Program-made: the position numbers and the translations under genes
Notes under the pieces: model-generated
The model's input: the letters and a program-made list of their open reading frames with translations, nothing else
Told to the model about the DNA's origin: nothing
Databases searched by the model: none
IMG/VR virus record: IMGVR_UViG_3300045988_097913
From: a virus
DNA: 64,000 nt
Reading direction: 5' to 3' (one strand)
Shown here: positions 1 to 10,828 of the stretch, one piece after another
How the letters are laid out: each line of letters begins with the position of its first letter
Numbering within the stretch: the stretch's first letter is position 1

Positions 1-1679
1 CCATCTGTTACGATAAATGTATCATCAGAAAAACTGCCCTCAATAAGGAACGGGTCTAGTTCTAGTTTCTCTGCATCTGTGAAATATGAGTCAAAAGAAT
101 ACTGGGCTACAATCTTATCTCTTTCTTTTTGAATTGCTTCAATTTCTTTCGTTAGAGCATCAATAGAATAAATAGTTTCAGTTCCGCTTGGTGTTATCTC
201 GTGATTTTTTACTTCTTTTGCTACGCCTTTACCATTTGCTATAAGTGTTGCATTTGATGCAACGTTATAGTCTGCGTTGATTGGATTCTCTTCACTTGAA
301 GTTAAAACAAAATCTTCTTTTCTGGCAGAGTATAATTTCCCACCTGTTTTAAGAATATTTAAGTTAGCTTCACAAGCTTGAGAATAATTTTTCCAGTACG
401 CATATCTTGTTACAGTATGAGTATCGTCTGTCGTGTAGGTCGCAACTTGGTAGTAATCTACTATGGTATACCCATTCTTTTTTGCTTCACCGTAAGTAAC
501 ATATCCCTGCTTTTCTATGAGAAGTGGTGTCCATTTGGCGTAAACGAGAAGTTTGTCAACTTCTGAATACTCTGTATACAAAGACATATTTTGTTGTGCT
601 GTATCATAATATGTCTGCATTTGGTTTAGAGCTGCTTGTTGGGTTAGGAGTAAAAGATTAAATCTCTTCTGTAAAGAAGTCCAACTACCATAAGAAGTCT
701 CACTCTTATCATAGATTGCTTCTTTACTTGCCTTTTCCCAATCAAGAACCTTCCTCTTTAAATCATTATTCGTAATCCATTCATTATAGTTTTCATAATA
801 ATTGGTTGCGTTTTCATCAAGAACACCAGTGTAATAATCAAGACAGAAAAGTTTCTTTGTACCATTTGGATTGACCTTAGCAATAGTTAAATTTTCTGCA
901 CCGGAAACATTGATAACTGTATAAATATCATCGGATAGTTCGCTTACAGTTGCGTTTTTTACAAGGTTATCAAAACTTAAAACGATATTTGTGTTTTTAA
1001 TAACTTCCGTTGTATCATAAGCGTTAATGGTATAGTTTTCGTTATCAAATACAAATAAAGCCTCGTAAGATTGGGAAACTTCGTTCGTTAGAAACCCGTA
1101 CAGTCCTTTATCTGTTTGGCTAAAAGAACGAGATTTAGATTTAAGAGAATCGCTTACATATCCAATAGACCACTGTGGGGCAATCGCAACTAATTGATGC
1201 AACAATGATTTTTCTGGTTGTTGCTCTCTATAAAAAAAGTAATTACTAGTAATTACTTTTGTGTTGTCTACATTCCCGTCATCGTTATCAGTTTTATTAT
1301 TTTCTATATATGTATCTTTTACGGTTGTTACAAACGTAAGATTAATTCCTTTGTTATTTAACAAATATTCTGCCGAATATGCAGTAATAGTTTTATTTGG
1401 AACTTTATCTTCAAAAGATTCTTCGTCGTTTACAATAGTAAAATAACCAAACCCATCAATATGCAAAAGCTTGCTTTTTTTAACTTTATCATAAAATGGG
1501 TTTTTCTTGCTGTCTATTTTTTTATAAATTTTAAAGCTGGCTTCTGAACAAGACCCCCATTTAGGAGAAATTACTAATTCAGAAATATTTGATAGAATAT
1601 TAGTTACTTTTTTATTTGGTCTACATAATTCTATAAGAGGATATTCATACCTCTTATTTAAATCAAAAGTAAAATTAAT
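1..1679 (-). CDS. Tail-associated (Tal-like) minor structural protein; N-terminus present, 3' end runs off the window
   Basis: Uninterrupted minus-strand frame from ~1690 to position 1. Absent from the ORF track because it has no canonical start and no stop in the window. Follows TMP and Dit in the canonical order. SD AGGGGGGAG lies 5 nt before an ATT codon at 1679. Confidence 0.6.
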   Translation of the reverse strand, partial: MNFTFDLNKRYEYPLIELCRPNKKVTNILSNISELVISPKWGSCSEASFKIYKKIDSKKNPFYDKVKKSKLLHIDGFGYFTIVNDEESFEDKVPNKTITAYSAEYLLNNKGINLTFVTTVKDTYIENNKTDNDDGNVDNTKVITSNYFFYREQQPEKSLLHQLVAIAPQWSIGYVSDSLKSKSRSFSQTDKGLYGFLTNEVSQSYEALFVFDNENYTINAYDTTEVIKNTNIVLSFDNLVKNATVSELSDDIYTVINVSGAENLTIAKVNPNGTKKLFCLDYYTGVLDENATNYYENYNEWITNNDLKRKVLDWEKASKEAIYDKSETSYGSWTSLQKRFNLLLLTQQAALNQMQTYYDTAQQNMSLYTEYSEVDKLLVYAKWTPLLIEKQGYVTYGEAKKNGYTIVDYYQVATYTTDDTHTVTRYAYWKNYSQACEANLNILKTGGKLYSARKEDFVLTSSEENPINADYNVASNATLIANGKGVAKEVKNHEITPSGTETIYSIDALTKEIEAIQKERDKIVAQYSFDSYFTDAEKLELDPFLIEGSFSDDTFIVTD

Positions 1680-2604
1680 AGTAACTCCCCCCTAATCGTT
1701 TAGCGCTTTGATAAATAATATACATATAATCGGCAACGCCGTAAACGGAAATTGTATTCATACCGCGAGGAATTTTTAAGAATTTCTTATTAAATTTTGT
1801 AAATATTTCTTCATTTGGGTTTCCATTTAATGTCATAATACAGCTATCGTTATCAAGGTATACAACATCGTTTGCCAATAATCCAGTAAAATTTGTTGTT
1901 ACATTATAGTCTAATGATTTTGAAATATATGTTACTGGTAGATTGTTCATTTTACAATATGATACGCATTGATTATATGTTGAATTATTTAACAAAATAG
2001 TATTGTCAATAGAGACCATGTATTTCCCTTCGCTATAATGTTTTACATTAATGCTAAAATTTCCATTATTAGCCATGTGGAATTTTAGTATAGGTTTCAT
2101 AAGTTCATAGTCGTCTGAGTAGTTTTCAAAAATAATTTTATCTGTTTTTGTTACATCTGGATTTAAAATGTATTTCTGGATTCTCTCAAATTCATGAGCG
2201 TATGGAGCATCACATTCAACAGTAGCAGAAACGCCACGATAACCATCTGCATAAATAAGGTCTTCATTTAAATGAATAATACAGTTGTAATAAAACCTAT
2301 CAAAATTATCTGCACAAATTTGTAGTTGCTCATAACCAACAGGAGCGGTTAACCAATTTTTTAGGTCTGTCAATTCATAAATGTCAACTGCTTGGTCGTA
2401 AACTATTTCAATATCAAATTGTAGTACATCGTTATATTCTGTATCAAGATATTGTTTTGTTGGTTTTCTTCTGATTGATGCTGTAACCAAACTCTTGTCG
2501 CAACCAGAAGGTCTATTGGTATAAGAGTTGTCAATAAACACCAAAGAAACATTGCGCAACTCGCTTTGAACGCCGTTGAAAATAAAAGGGTATCCCATCG
2601 GCAT
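1675..2604 (-). CDS. Distal tail protein (Dit)-like
   Basis: 309-aa ORF immediately downstream of the tape measure gene. SD GGAAGGTGA before the ATG. The call is positional. Confidence 0.5.
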   Translation of the reverse strand: MPMGYPFIFNGVQSELRNVSLVFIDNSYTNRPSGCDKSLVTASIRRKPTKQYLDTEYNDVLQFDIEIVYDQAVDIYELTDLKNWLTAPVGYEQLQICADNFDRFYYNCIIHLNEDLIYADGYRGVSATVECDAPYAHEFERIQKYILNPDVTKTDKIIFENYSDDYELMKPILKFHMANNGNFSINVKHYSEGKYMVSIDNTILLNNSTYNQCVSYCKMNNLPVTYISKSLDYNVTTNFTGLLANDVVYLDNDSCIMTLNGNPNEEIFTKFNKKFLKIPRGMNTISVYGVADYMYIIYQSAKRLGGSYY

Positions 2605-2676
2605 TAATAATCACCTTCCTTATAAAATAACGCCGACTTGTTAAGCACGCTTAATAGTATCGGCAATTTAACAAAA

Positions 2677-5600
2677 TTATATTGTTGCTGCTTTTATGTT
2701 TTTATAACCACCAAGTCTAGTTTGGTTATTAATTGTTCTAAGGACTTTGTTTACAATATTATCTGCCTCTTTCTTCAAGGAGTTTACAGTAGAAGCATCT
2801 GCATCACCCTGAATGTTAATCGGCATAGAGATATTGATAGAAGAGTTATCGGAGCTAGAATATGTTCTGGTGTTCACTCTTGTGGATTTAACAGCAGTAT
2901 CCACAGCGCTACCGAATGGACTACCTGTAAATCTATTGCTACTAGAGGATGGTGTTGCATTGTTTGCCCATGTAGGAACAACTGCTTCACCAACTTTTAG
3001 AATAGATACAGTTTCGTCATTACCAAGCCCCAGCATTTTATCAAGCATTGGGTTCTGCTTCTTAACGTAATCAGAACCAGAGTGGTGCTTACCAAATATT
3101 GCCTTACCAATACGATATAAGCCATACCCGGGAATCATCATCTTGGTAAAATTAAGCAGTGTACCACCTAGTTTTTGACCAAAATTCTTGTCTCTGTTTT
3201 TCCATAATGCTATCGTATCTTTCCAATAAGTACCTACTGAGCCAATTGCGTTAGCACCGCCAATAACAACAACTCCCGCAGTACCAAGAGTACCTAGTAA
3301 TCCAGCACCGCCAGCAGCAGTAGCAGCTGCGCCGCCAGCGGCGGCTCCGGTTGCACCAGCAGTTCCTCCAATACCAAGTAAACTACCGATTCCTTTTCCA
3401 AGAGATGTAACGATACCACCTATACCGGATAAGAGTTTGCTTCCTCCTTGTATAACCATGCTTACAACTTGGCTTGCAACATTACCTAAATTAGATATAA
3501 TCCCGCTACCAATGTTCCCAAGAGAGCCAAGTGAATTTATACCATACTGAGTTAATCGCTGAATAAATCCAACGCCACTATTAAATACGGTGTTTATTCC
3601 ATTTAAGACAACAGAACTAATTCCTTTTGCTCCATTTGCAAATTTTTGGATTATGCCTCCACCAGACGATGCCATATCATTTATGACCTTACTAAAGGTT
3701 TTGCCTGTATTTGCAAATGATTTTTCGGTTGCTTTGCCAATATCTTTTAGGCTCTTATAAGCTTTCTTAATATCCCCTGTTACATCAGAATCTATCCCAG
3801 AACCAAATAGTTTATTGTATCCTGTGAGCAATTTTGTTACAGTATCGCTACCGGTATTAATTAGTGCTTTGCTAATTAAATTTTTAACTAGGTCACTACT
3901 AAGAATTTTAATAAATGTATTGAAACCATTTTCGATATTTCCTAGAGTAGTCTCAAATTGTTTCTGAGCATCTTGCAAAGTTTGTTTTTGCGCTTCTATA
4001 GCTTTCTTTTCTGCTTCTATTGTCTTTTCATATTCTGATTTTTCTTTATCAAGAGCATCAATTTTTATATCGTAGTCGTTATCCTTTTGCCAATCAGAAA
4101 GGTCTTTTTCTTTTTGTGCTCTTTCATCAAGAAGTTTTAAACGCTTGGCTTGTGCTTCTGCTGAGTCGTCATATTGCAGTTCCATCAATTGAGCATCAAT
4201 ATCCGCAATAGATTTATTCTTTTCGGCAAGTTCATCAGCGTTATCCATCTCTTCTTTTTGAAGTTTTAGGAGTTCTTTTTGCTGGTCAATTTTGTCTTCA
4301 AAAGCATCTTTTTGGTCATCGAGTTCATCAGAAATCTTATCAAGGTTATCAATCTGAGCATCATATCTGTCAGAAATCTTACCTAACATATCAAACAGGA
4401 AATCACCTGCTTTTTCAAGCAAGTCGATTGCCGTATCAATCATATCTTCGATTTCATCTTGTAATGCTTTGATATTCTTAGAAGCGTCATCATATAGGTC
4501 TTGTTGGGCATCATCAAGTGTACCAGTAGACTTTAGTAAGGCGTTTATAACAGCTTCCACCTGTTTTTCTACTGATTCTCCGCTAATATCACCAAGGTTT
4601 AACGCTTCTGCCATAGCAGCTCTGTAATCTGCGTCATTGGTGATTTTGTCAATAAACTTCTGATAATCAGCTTTTGCTGCATTCAGTGCTTCGTCAGAAC
4701 TCCAAGCGCCATAAATACCATTTTTATATTTTTCTATAACAGCCTTAGCAGAACTTAAATCTTCTTTAGCTAGATTCTTTAGAAGTTTTTGGTACGATTC
4801 TTGAATCGTACCAGCTTGTTTTTGCCATAGCGTTGTTAGCTCTTGAATTTGTTTTTCAACTGGCATATTGCTTATATCAAGATTAAACGCATCAGCTAGA
4901 ACTTTTCTGGCTTTTGGGTCGTTTATAACTTCATTTAAGATTTTGTCATATCTGTCTTGGAACTCTTTGACGACAGTTGGGTCATCCCAGTTAGCATTCT
5001 CAGAATACAGCTGTACAATACTCTTTAGGTTTTGAACTTTTTCTTTGATTGCACTTTCAAATTCTTTTGCAGCTTTATCAGCGGCAGATGTACCAGAAGA
5101 GCCAGATTTCCCGGAAGACTTGCTTTTTGGAGGTGTATAAGTTAGTCCAGCTTTTTGTAATTTGGTTAAAGCATCTAATTGCTCTTGTAAATCGTCCTTG
5201 GTCTCTTGCGCTTGCTTTCCTTGTTGCTCAAGATAATATTTTGTTTTTTGCTGTCCACGATATGTGTCCAAATCCGTCGCAGAGACCTTTTCTCCTGCGT
5301 CTATTCTTTTTTGGATAAGCTTACCAAGAGCAATCATTTCTTGCTCTATTGCTTTTATTCTTTTTTTTGTTTCATCAATCACAGACTGCGTTTGTGTTAT
5401 TTGTTGTTTTTTTGTTTCAATAGCTGTATTAAAATAACCATTCGATAAATCTTGAAGAGAATCAATATTTATTCTAATATGCCCATTTTCTACAGTAAGC
5501 GCACTAACAAGAGACGGTTCTTGCTCAATTAGTTTCTGAACTGTGGCGACACTAAGTTCGCCCTTTTCTTTCATTTCGCTATATGCCGCATTTAGAATCT

Positions 5601-7138
5601 CTTGTTTCTCTGTGACATTTGCAACGGTAGAAATATAATCCTTCATTGCCTCGTCTTGAGTAACGAGAGCATTTGTTGCCTCGGTAGTCCAGTCTGCAAC
5701 CTGTTTGGAAGTTAATTCAAATATTGCTTGATTAACTTGCCCATACATTTGCTGGAACTTCGTAAGGAGTTCTTGCGTTAAATTGTCAATGTTTAAATCA
5801 TTGACATCAATATTCATAGCTTGCGCCCAAGCTGCTTTTATAGAATCATCAGAATTTAGAATTTGTTGTGCAAATTTATTTGCATACGCTTCTGCCGTCT
5901 TTTGCCCGGCTTCGTCACCAGCTTGGACAGCTTCTTGTAACTTATCAGAAATACCAGAAGTGTCAATCAAATTTTTGACTTTAATTGTTTCAAAATTAGA
6001 CGGGTCAAGCGCTAGGTTAACCGTGTCAAGTTGCTCTTGAAGCATCTTATACACGTCAGAACTTGTATCCCCAAGATTTTGTAAAGTTTGCATATCTTGA
6101 AGAATTGTTAATTTCTGATTTTGTAAAGCAAGTGTTTGAGCGTCCATCTGAGAATTAAGTTGTTGTAACCTAGTCGCATAATTCTCATCTGTTTTATCGA
6201 GATTTTGTTTTTCTTTGTTTAGCTGGGCAATATTCGCAAGGAGCTGATTGACGCTTGCCGATTCTGCGTCATAAAGTCTTGGTGCGATACCCACAAAAGA
6301 AGACTGATATTCTTCAACAGACTTATTATCGCCATATCTTGATTTAATTTCTCCCTGAGTTTTTTCTTTTGATACGGCTTTATTCGCCTCATTAACATCA
6401 TTTTGCGTTTTCTGAATTTCTTTTAGGACATCAAGTTGTTCTTGAAGGTTCTCTTTTTGTTGCTCATCTGCTAATGTTAAAGTACCTTTAGAGTTGATTT
6501 CTGAGATTTGTTTGTTAATTTCAGTTATTTTATTATTTGTCTCATCAAGGTTCTGTTGGCTCTCTTGCAAGGCTTCATTTGCTTTTTTGACTTGTGCATC
6601 TGGTTGAGCATCTTTCCAAGCGTTCCATGCAACTTTCGCAACAGCTCCAATGGCGGTAATGGCTGCTACTACACCCCATATTGGTACTGCAACAGAACCT
6701 ATTGTAAATAATGTTGTATTTAGCGCCCCAATCGCACTTGTGGCAGTTATCGCAAGACTTGGAAGTTGCCCAATTAAATTGGATGTCTCCCATATATTTT
6801 TAAATATATTGCCTGCAAAAGCTGTTGCTAAAGCAACACCGAGAGCTTTAATTAGTGGACTTAAAACTGGAATTTTATTTAGTAGAATATTTAGAATTTC
6901 TACGACTTTGGACAAACCATCGTATGCTAATGCAAGGGTTCTATCAAGGTTAGAATCCTGTGCAAATTGTTGAACACTTGCGGTTAATCTATTTTGTGCA
7001 GCTTCAAGAGATTCGTTGTAGACCGTCATCTTTTCAGCAGCAACACCGTTTGCATTTTCTGCAACACTAGTCGCTTCTAGGACACGGTTATAGTCCTCCA
7101 TAGCAGCAATAAAGACGTTGCGCTGTCTTGTGCCCGCC
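2677..7138 (-). CDS. Tape measure protein, exon 4 (C-terminal ~1487 codons)
   Basis: Long coiled-coil ORF with Gly-rich and TM-like segments. The frame stays open upstream of the tracked ATG (..DWAGTRQRNVFIAAMEDY). It joins exon 3 in frame to give ..QLAYVV-AGTRQRNVF. Confidence 0.85.
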
Positions 7139-8425
7139 CAATCTGTTACTTTTGTGACCTATTATTAAAATAGGCGAGAACGGTTCTCCTTAAAAGTGTC
7201 TTTACACTTGACCGCTCTTCTATAAGTTTCCTTATAGTTCAGACTATATTTTCATCCTTATACAACAAAACACATCCCAACAATAAGAGATGTGTTTGAT
7301 ATAAGGAGCATTCCTCCTTAGTCGTTACGATGCAATATTTTTAATAAGGTCTTTGTAATTATATTTGATAACTTCGTTATCTAATTCAATGTAACCTCTG
7401 TCACAATAGAAATAGATTACTTTACACCCATCGTTAAATTTAACAAGAGCAAAATCTTTTAGGCGTTCTAGTATATCATTTTCCGGTAGTTTATCCTTGT
7501 CTAGCACGAAAATGATTTGATAGAAGCCGTTGTCTCTGATAGTATCAATTCTATTTTTTTCTTTAGTATTAAATTGTTCTTGCGTCATTTTGCCAAGAAC
7601 AACATCGAGATTATGTCCAGAGCCATTTATCTCAATATCTAATTTATCAGATTCAACGTAAATATCAAAAAGATATTTTCCAATCCTATGATTTATAACT
7701 CCATTATATAAGTCTGCTAAATACTTCTGGCAGTAACTATATAATCCATTATCACCTTGCATAGACTCCATTTGTTTTTTAGCAAATTCATCTACTTTCA
7801 TAGGGTTATCCTCGCCATATCTTTCGATAAGTGTTTTGATTCTTTTGCTATTTATTTCTTTGTTCAAAATTGGATTTTCACATCCGTATCTTTGAATATT
7901 TGTTGCTCTTGCTTTATCTCTAATATCCTGTGATTGCATTGGGTTGTCTATGTTATACCGCTCCTTAAATGTATCTTTTGCTTTAAGATGACGGCAATGC
8001 ACACAAGCGTCCGTTCTGGGTTTTCCTAAAGATTTATCTAACGATACGTTTCTTGTATAACAAGAATATGTAATGTTATATTCCTCTCCACAATAATCAC
8101 ATTTTACAGAGACTTTTACCGTACTTTTTGGTGTTAAATCCTCAACAGGGACTTGTATTTCATCAAACATTTTTACATTATATCCGAGTGATTTATAATG
8201 AGACATAGAATGGTTGTTTACTTTTACTTTAACGAATTTCGTCAAAAGCATATAATACCACCTCCTATTACTTATTATAATCAATATTTTATATTTGTCA
8301 AGACCTAAAACAAAAATATTGTTATCTCGGTATTCCCTTATTTATACAAACTTAGGGTTCACCGATATAGGAATGTTGTAGTGTTATAAACACCTACGAA
8401 TTACTTCGTATTGTGGCTACTTAAA
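7139..8425 (-). mobile_element. Group I intron (TMP intron 3) carrying a homing endonuclease ORF
   Basis: Exon UGUGGU pairs with internal guide GCCACA, placing U.G at the 5' splice site. P4-P5-like UAUCGGUGAACCCU..AGGGAAUACCGAGAUA. S-like GAAAAUAUAGUCUG at 7240-7257. Ends ..AUUG. Removal restores the TMP frame. Confidence 0.8.
7325..8251 (-). CDS. Intron-encoded homing endonuclease, RYG-x2-NP repeat type with a C-terminal PD-(D/E)XK/Vsr-like module (tentative)
   Basis: SD AGGAGGTGG 6 nt before ATG at 8251 (MLLTKFVKV). Contains CDYCG, tandem (E/K)RYGxxNP repeats, DIEINGSGHN and KMTQEQF. Paralog of 8925-9926. Confidence 0.7.
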   Translation of the reverse strand: MLLTKFVKVKVNNHSMSHYKSLGYNVKMFDEIQVPVEDLTPKSTVKVSVKCDYCGEEYNITYSCYTRNVSLDKSLGKPRTDACVHCRHLKAKDTFKERYNIDNPMQSQDIRDKARATNIQRYGCENPILNKEINSKRIKTLIERYGEDNPMKVDEFAKKQMESMQGDNGLYSYCQKYLADLYNGVINHRIGKYLFDIYVESDKLDIEINGSGHNLDVVLGKMTQEQFNTKEKNRIDTIRDNGFYQIIFVLDKDKLPENDILERLKDFALVKFNDGCKVIYFYCDRGYIELDNEVIKYNYKDLIKNIAS

Positions 8426-8889
8426 ACCACATAAGCCAACTGGTTCTGTTCAAGAGTGCTCATGTTATTCCATTTTGCACCGATTTCATCAAGAACCGTG
8501 CCAATTTCACGCATTTTACCGTTTGTATCAACTAGGGTAATTCCATATTTGGATAGAACTTTATCTGCGTCATTGATTGTGTGGGTTATACCTTGCTCAT
8601 CAACGAGGTCATCCAAATCTACTTTTGCCGTGATTTTTGATATACGCGAGATGATACTCTGCCAAGCAGACCCGATAACTTCTGGTGCTTGTCGAGTCTT
8701 TTCCTCAGAAATAGTAATTAGACCAATTAGTTTATCAAGCCCTACCCCTGCTTGTCCAGCAGAACTAGCAACTTTCTGTAATGCCGTAGAGATTTCGCCT
8801 GTGCTGGCAGCGTAGGAAAGGTCTACTTGCACAAGTTTGTCTACGATTTTGCTTGTATCATCTACAGCTACATTATAGGATTTTGTAAT
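8426..8889 (-). CDS. Tape measure protein, exon 3 (conserved TMP core)
   Basis: ITKSYNVAVDDTSKIVDKLVQVDLSYAASTGEISTALQKVASSAGQAGVGLDKL.. is the conserved tape-measure core pattern. In frame with exons 2 and 4 after splicing. Confidence 0.8.
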
Positions 8890-10361
8890 CTTTGTATTGA
8901 CGGCAGTTCGTTACTCTGTCGTTGTTATTTATAGAATTTTTCTCCTGTGTCAATATTTATTCCATAATAGACACAATTTGATTCTTTTAGCTTTGTAAAT
9001 GCTTCATTCTTAATTTTATATAAATAATTATCATTTGGAAGTTTGTCTGTCTTTGAAATTATTTCAAATTCTTTATAACCATTATCAAGGAAGACCTTTC
9101 TTCTCAACTCTTCGTGTTCATCAAATCCTTCTTGCGTCATTTTGTTGTATGTTACACGAATATTATGCCCAGAACCAGAATACTCGATATAAATATGTTC
9201 GTCTTCAAACAAAATATCCGCCAAATATCCGAACATTGGAGCATTTATTTCACCGCCATATAACTTCCATAAATAAATTTGTTCAGAAGAAGTCATTGCT
9301 CCATTAATGCCATATCTTTCATCTCTTGTTTTTAAGGCACGATTTCTAATTTCTTCATTTTGCATTGGATATTCAGTCCCATATCTTTCAAGAGTTGTTG
9401 CTTTTGCCTTTTGCATAATTTCTTCTTTCAATAACGGATTCTCAACGCCATATTTTTCTAAACAAGTATTTTTAATCTTATTCTTTATTTGTTCCGAGTG
9501 CATTGGATGATTACAACCATATTTTTTCTGCATTGTTTCAAGCGTTTTCTTGTGTACTTCGTCTGACTGTAATCCACATACGCTTCCATATTTTTCAAGA
9601 TTTGTTGCAACCACTTTTTCTCGCACAAAATCTAATTGAGAGACATATTCTTTTCCATATTTAAACATAACAGATTCTTTTCTCTTCTGATTGATACAAC
9701 CTTGGTTACTGCAACAATCTTTTGGATAATTTTTTCTGTGGGTTGCGTAAGAATAATATGCGACAGTGTAATTTGCTCCACAATAATCACATACTACATT
9801 AACGCTACATCTTGCCCATCTTGATACATCAGAAATATTTACTTGAATATACTCATTTATTTTAGCGTCATATCCCAATCTTTTGTATCTTTTGACATTA
9901 GAACCAGTACATAAAATTGATACCATTTTAGAAACTAATATACAAAACACCACCTTAGATATACATAACTCTATAAATAACACTCGCACTTTTATGCGAG
10001 AATAGACTATATCTTCATCTTCATAAAGAAGAGTTTCCCATTTCGATTTAAAGGGATTTCACCTACGCTTAACGATTTGCGCCCTACTTCTATTGCATCT
10101 TTTGAATGCCACGGAATAGTCGTTGAACCTTATCCTTAAATATTGTATCATAAATTATTTTGATAGTAAAGAGTTTTAATAAATATTTAAGAATCTTGGC
10201 TGCGGATTATCCAATCTTTAACTATTTTACTATACTGAGGTAATTATTCTCACCGCCATCTATATTTCTATGATGGTTTAGTTGTTAAAGCTCTAAGGAG
10301 TTTCCCGTCAATTAAAGAAATAAATTATTGTATATATCACTATATACCCTGCCTAAAATCA
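8890..10361 (-). mobile_element. Group I intron (TMP intron 2) carrying a homing endonuclease ORF
   Basis: Minus strand shows P AAUUGACGGGAAAC, Q AAUCCGCAGCC, R GGUUCAACGACUAUU and S GAAGAUAUAGUCU (about 10004-10020). Guide GGCAG pairs with exon CUGCU (U.G). The only in-frame 3' site preceded by G is AAG|AUU at 8890/8889. Confidence 0.8.
8925..9926 (-). CDS. Intron-encoded homing endonuclease, paralog of 7325-8251
   Basis: Contains CDYCG, five or more (K/R)YGxxxP repeats, IEYSGSGHN, KMTQEGF and DKLPND. SD AAGGTGGTG sits 6 nt before an ATA codon at 9941; the first ATG is at 9926. Confidence 0.7.
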   Translation of the reverse strand: MVSILCTGSNVKRYKRLGYDAKINEYIQVNISDVSRWARCSVNVVCDYCGANYTVAYYSYATHRKNYPKDCCSNQGCINQKRKESVMFKYGKEYVSQLDFVREKVVATNLEKYGSVCGLQSDEVHKKTLETMQKKYGCNHPMHSEQIKNKIKNTCLEKYGVENPLLKEEIMQKAKATTLERYGTEYPMQNEEIRNRALKTRDERYGINGAMTSSEQIYLWKLYGGEINAPMFGYLADILFEDEHIYIEYSGSGHNIRVTYNKMTQEGFDEHEELRRKVFLDNGYKEFEIISKTDKLPNDNYLYKIKNEAFTKLKESNCVYYGINIDTGEKFYK

Positions 10362-10470
10362 AGCAGTGAGTTGGTCAGTCGCCTCGCTTGCGTCTAATTG
10401 ACCAACAACAGCCAACGTAGTTGACTGCTTTAGCATCTCCATTGCTTCTTGAGCATTATAACCCTGTCTT
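10362..10470 (-). CDS. Tape measure protein, exon 2 (36-codon mini-exon)
   Basis: Not in the ORF track. Minus strand reads RQGYNAQEAMEMLKQSTTLAVVGQLDASEATDQLTA, part of the TMP core, flanked by stops and by intron cores on both sides. Confidence 0.8.
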
Positions 10471-10828
10471 CAATTTGTTACTCTTAATAATCGCCACTTA
10501 TCAAAAGATTCCATATAGGATTTTCTATGTATTTCTACATAAGTTCTGACTATATCTTTACCATAAAGGTATCTCCCGTTTCAGAGCACTCGCCCTTACA
10601 ATTAGTCGATGAACCTTACTCTTAAATATTATATCATATCTATTAAAATATTTCAATAGCTTTATTATAAATATTTAAGAATCTTGGCTGCTGATTATCC
10701 AATCTTCGATTATTTTACCATGCCTGAATGATTAGTTCAGCCATTATTATATCACTATAATAACTTGGTTATCAAAGCTCTAAGGACTTTCCAGCAATTA
10801 GAGAGATTTTACTTGACCTAGACATTTA
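10471..10828 (-). mobile_element. ORF-less group I intron (TMP intron 1)
   Basis: P AAUUGCUGGAAAG, Q AAUCAGCAGCC, R GGUUCAUCGACUAAU, S AAGAUAUAGUCA. Exon UUGGCU pairs with guide GGUCAA (U.G at the splice site). Ends ..AAAUUG. 358 nt. Confidence 0.85.

Noticed and set aside
2638-7000. Plus-strand ORFs overlapping the TMP gene (2638-3000, 2813-3070, 4020-4211, 5049-5448, 5783-6040, 6508-6973). Similar antisense ORFs occur throughout the minus-strand block, for example 8456-8815, 10876-12382, 24358-24948, 26087-26371, 26876-27286, 30349-30702 and 32118-32600.
   Set aside because: They are shadow frames of long, clearly coding minus-strand genes. They lack SD sequences and are low-complexity mirror translations.
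10000-10800. Two ~200-bp similar blocks separated by a unique spacer, which could look like a repeat array or CRISPR.
   Set aside because: There are only two copies, they are imperfect, and they contain group I P/Q/R/S elements. They are the cores of two paralogous introns. No CRISPR-like array is seen anywhere in the window.
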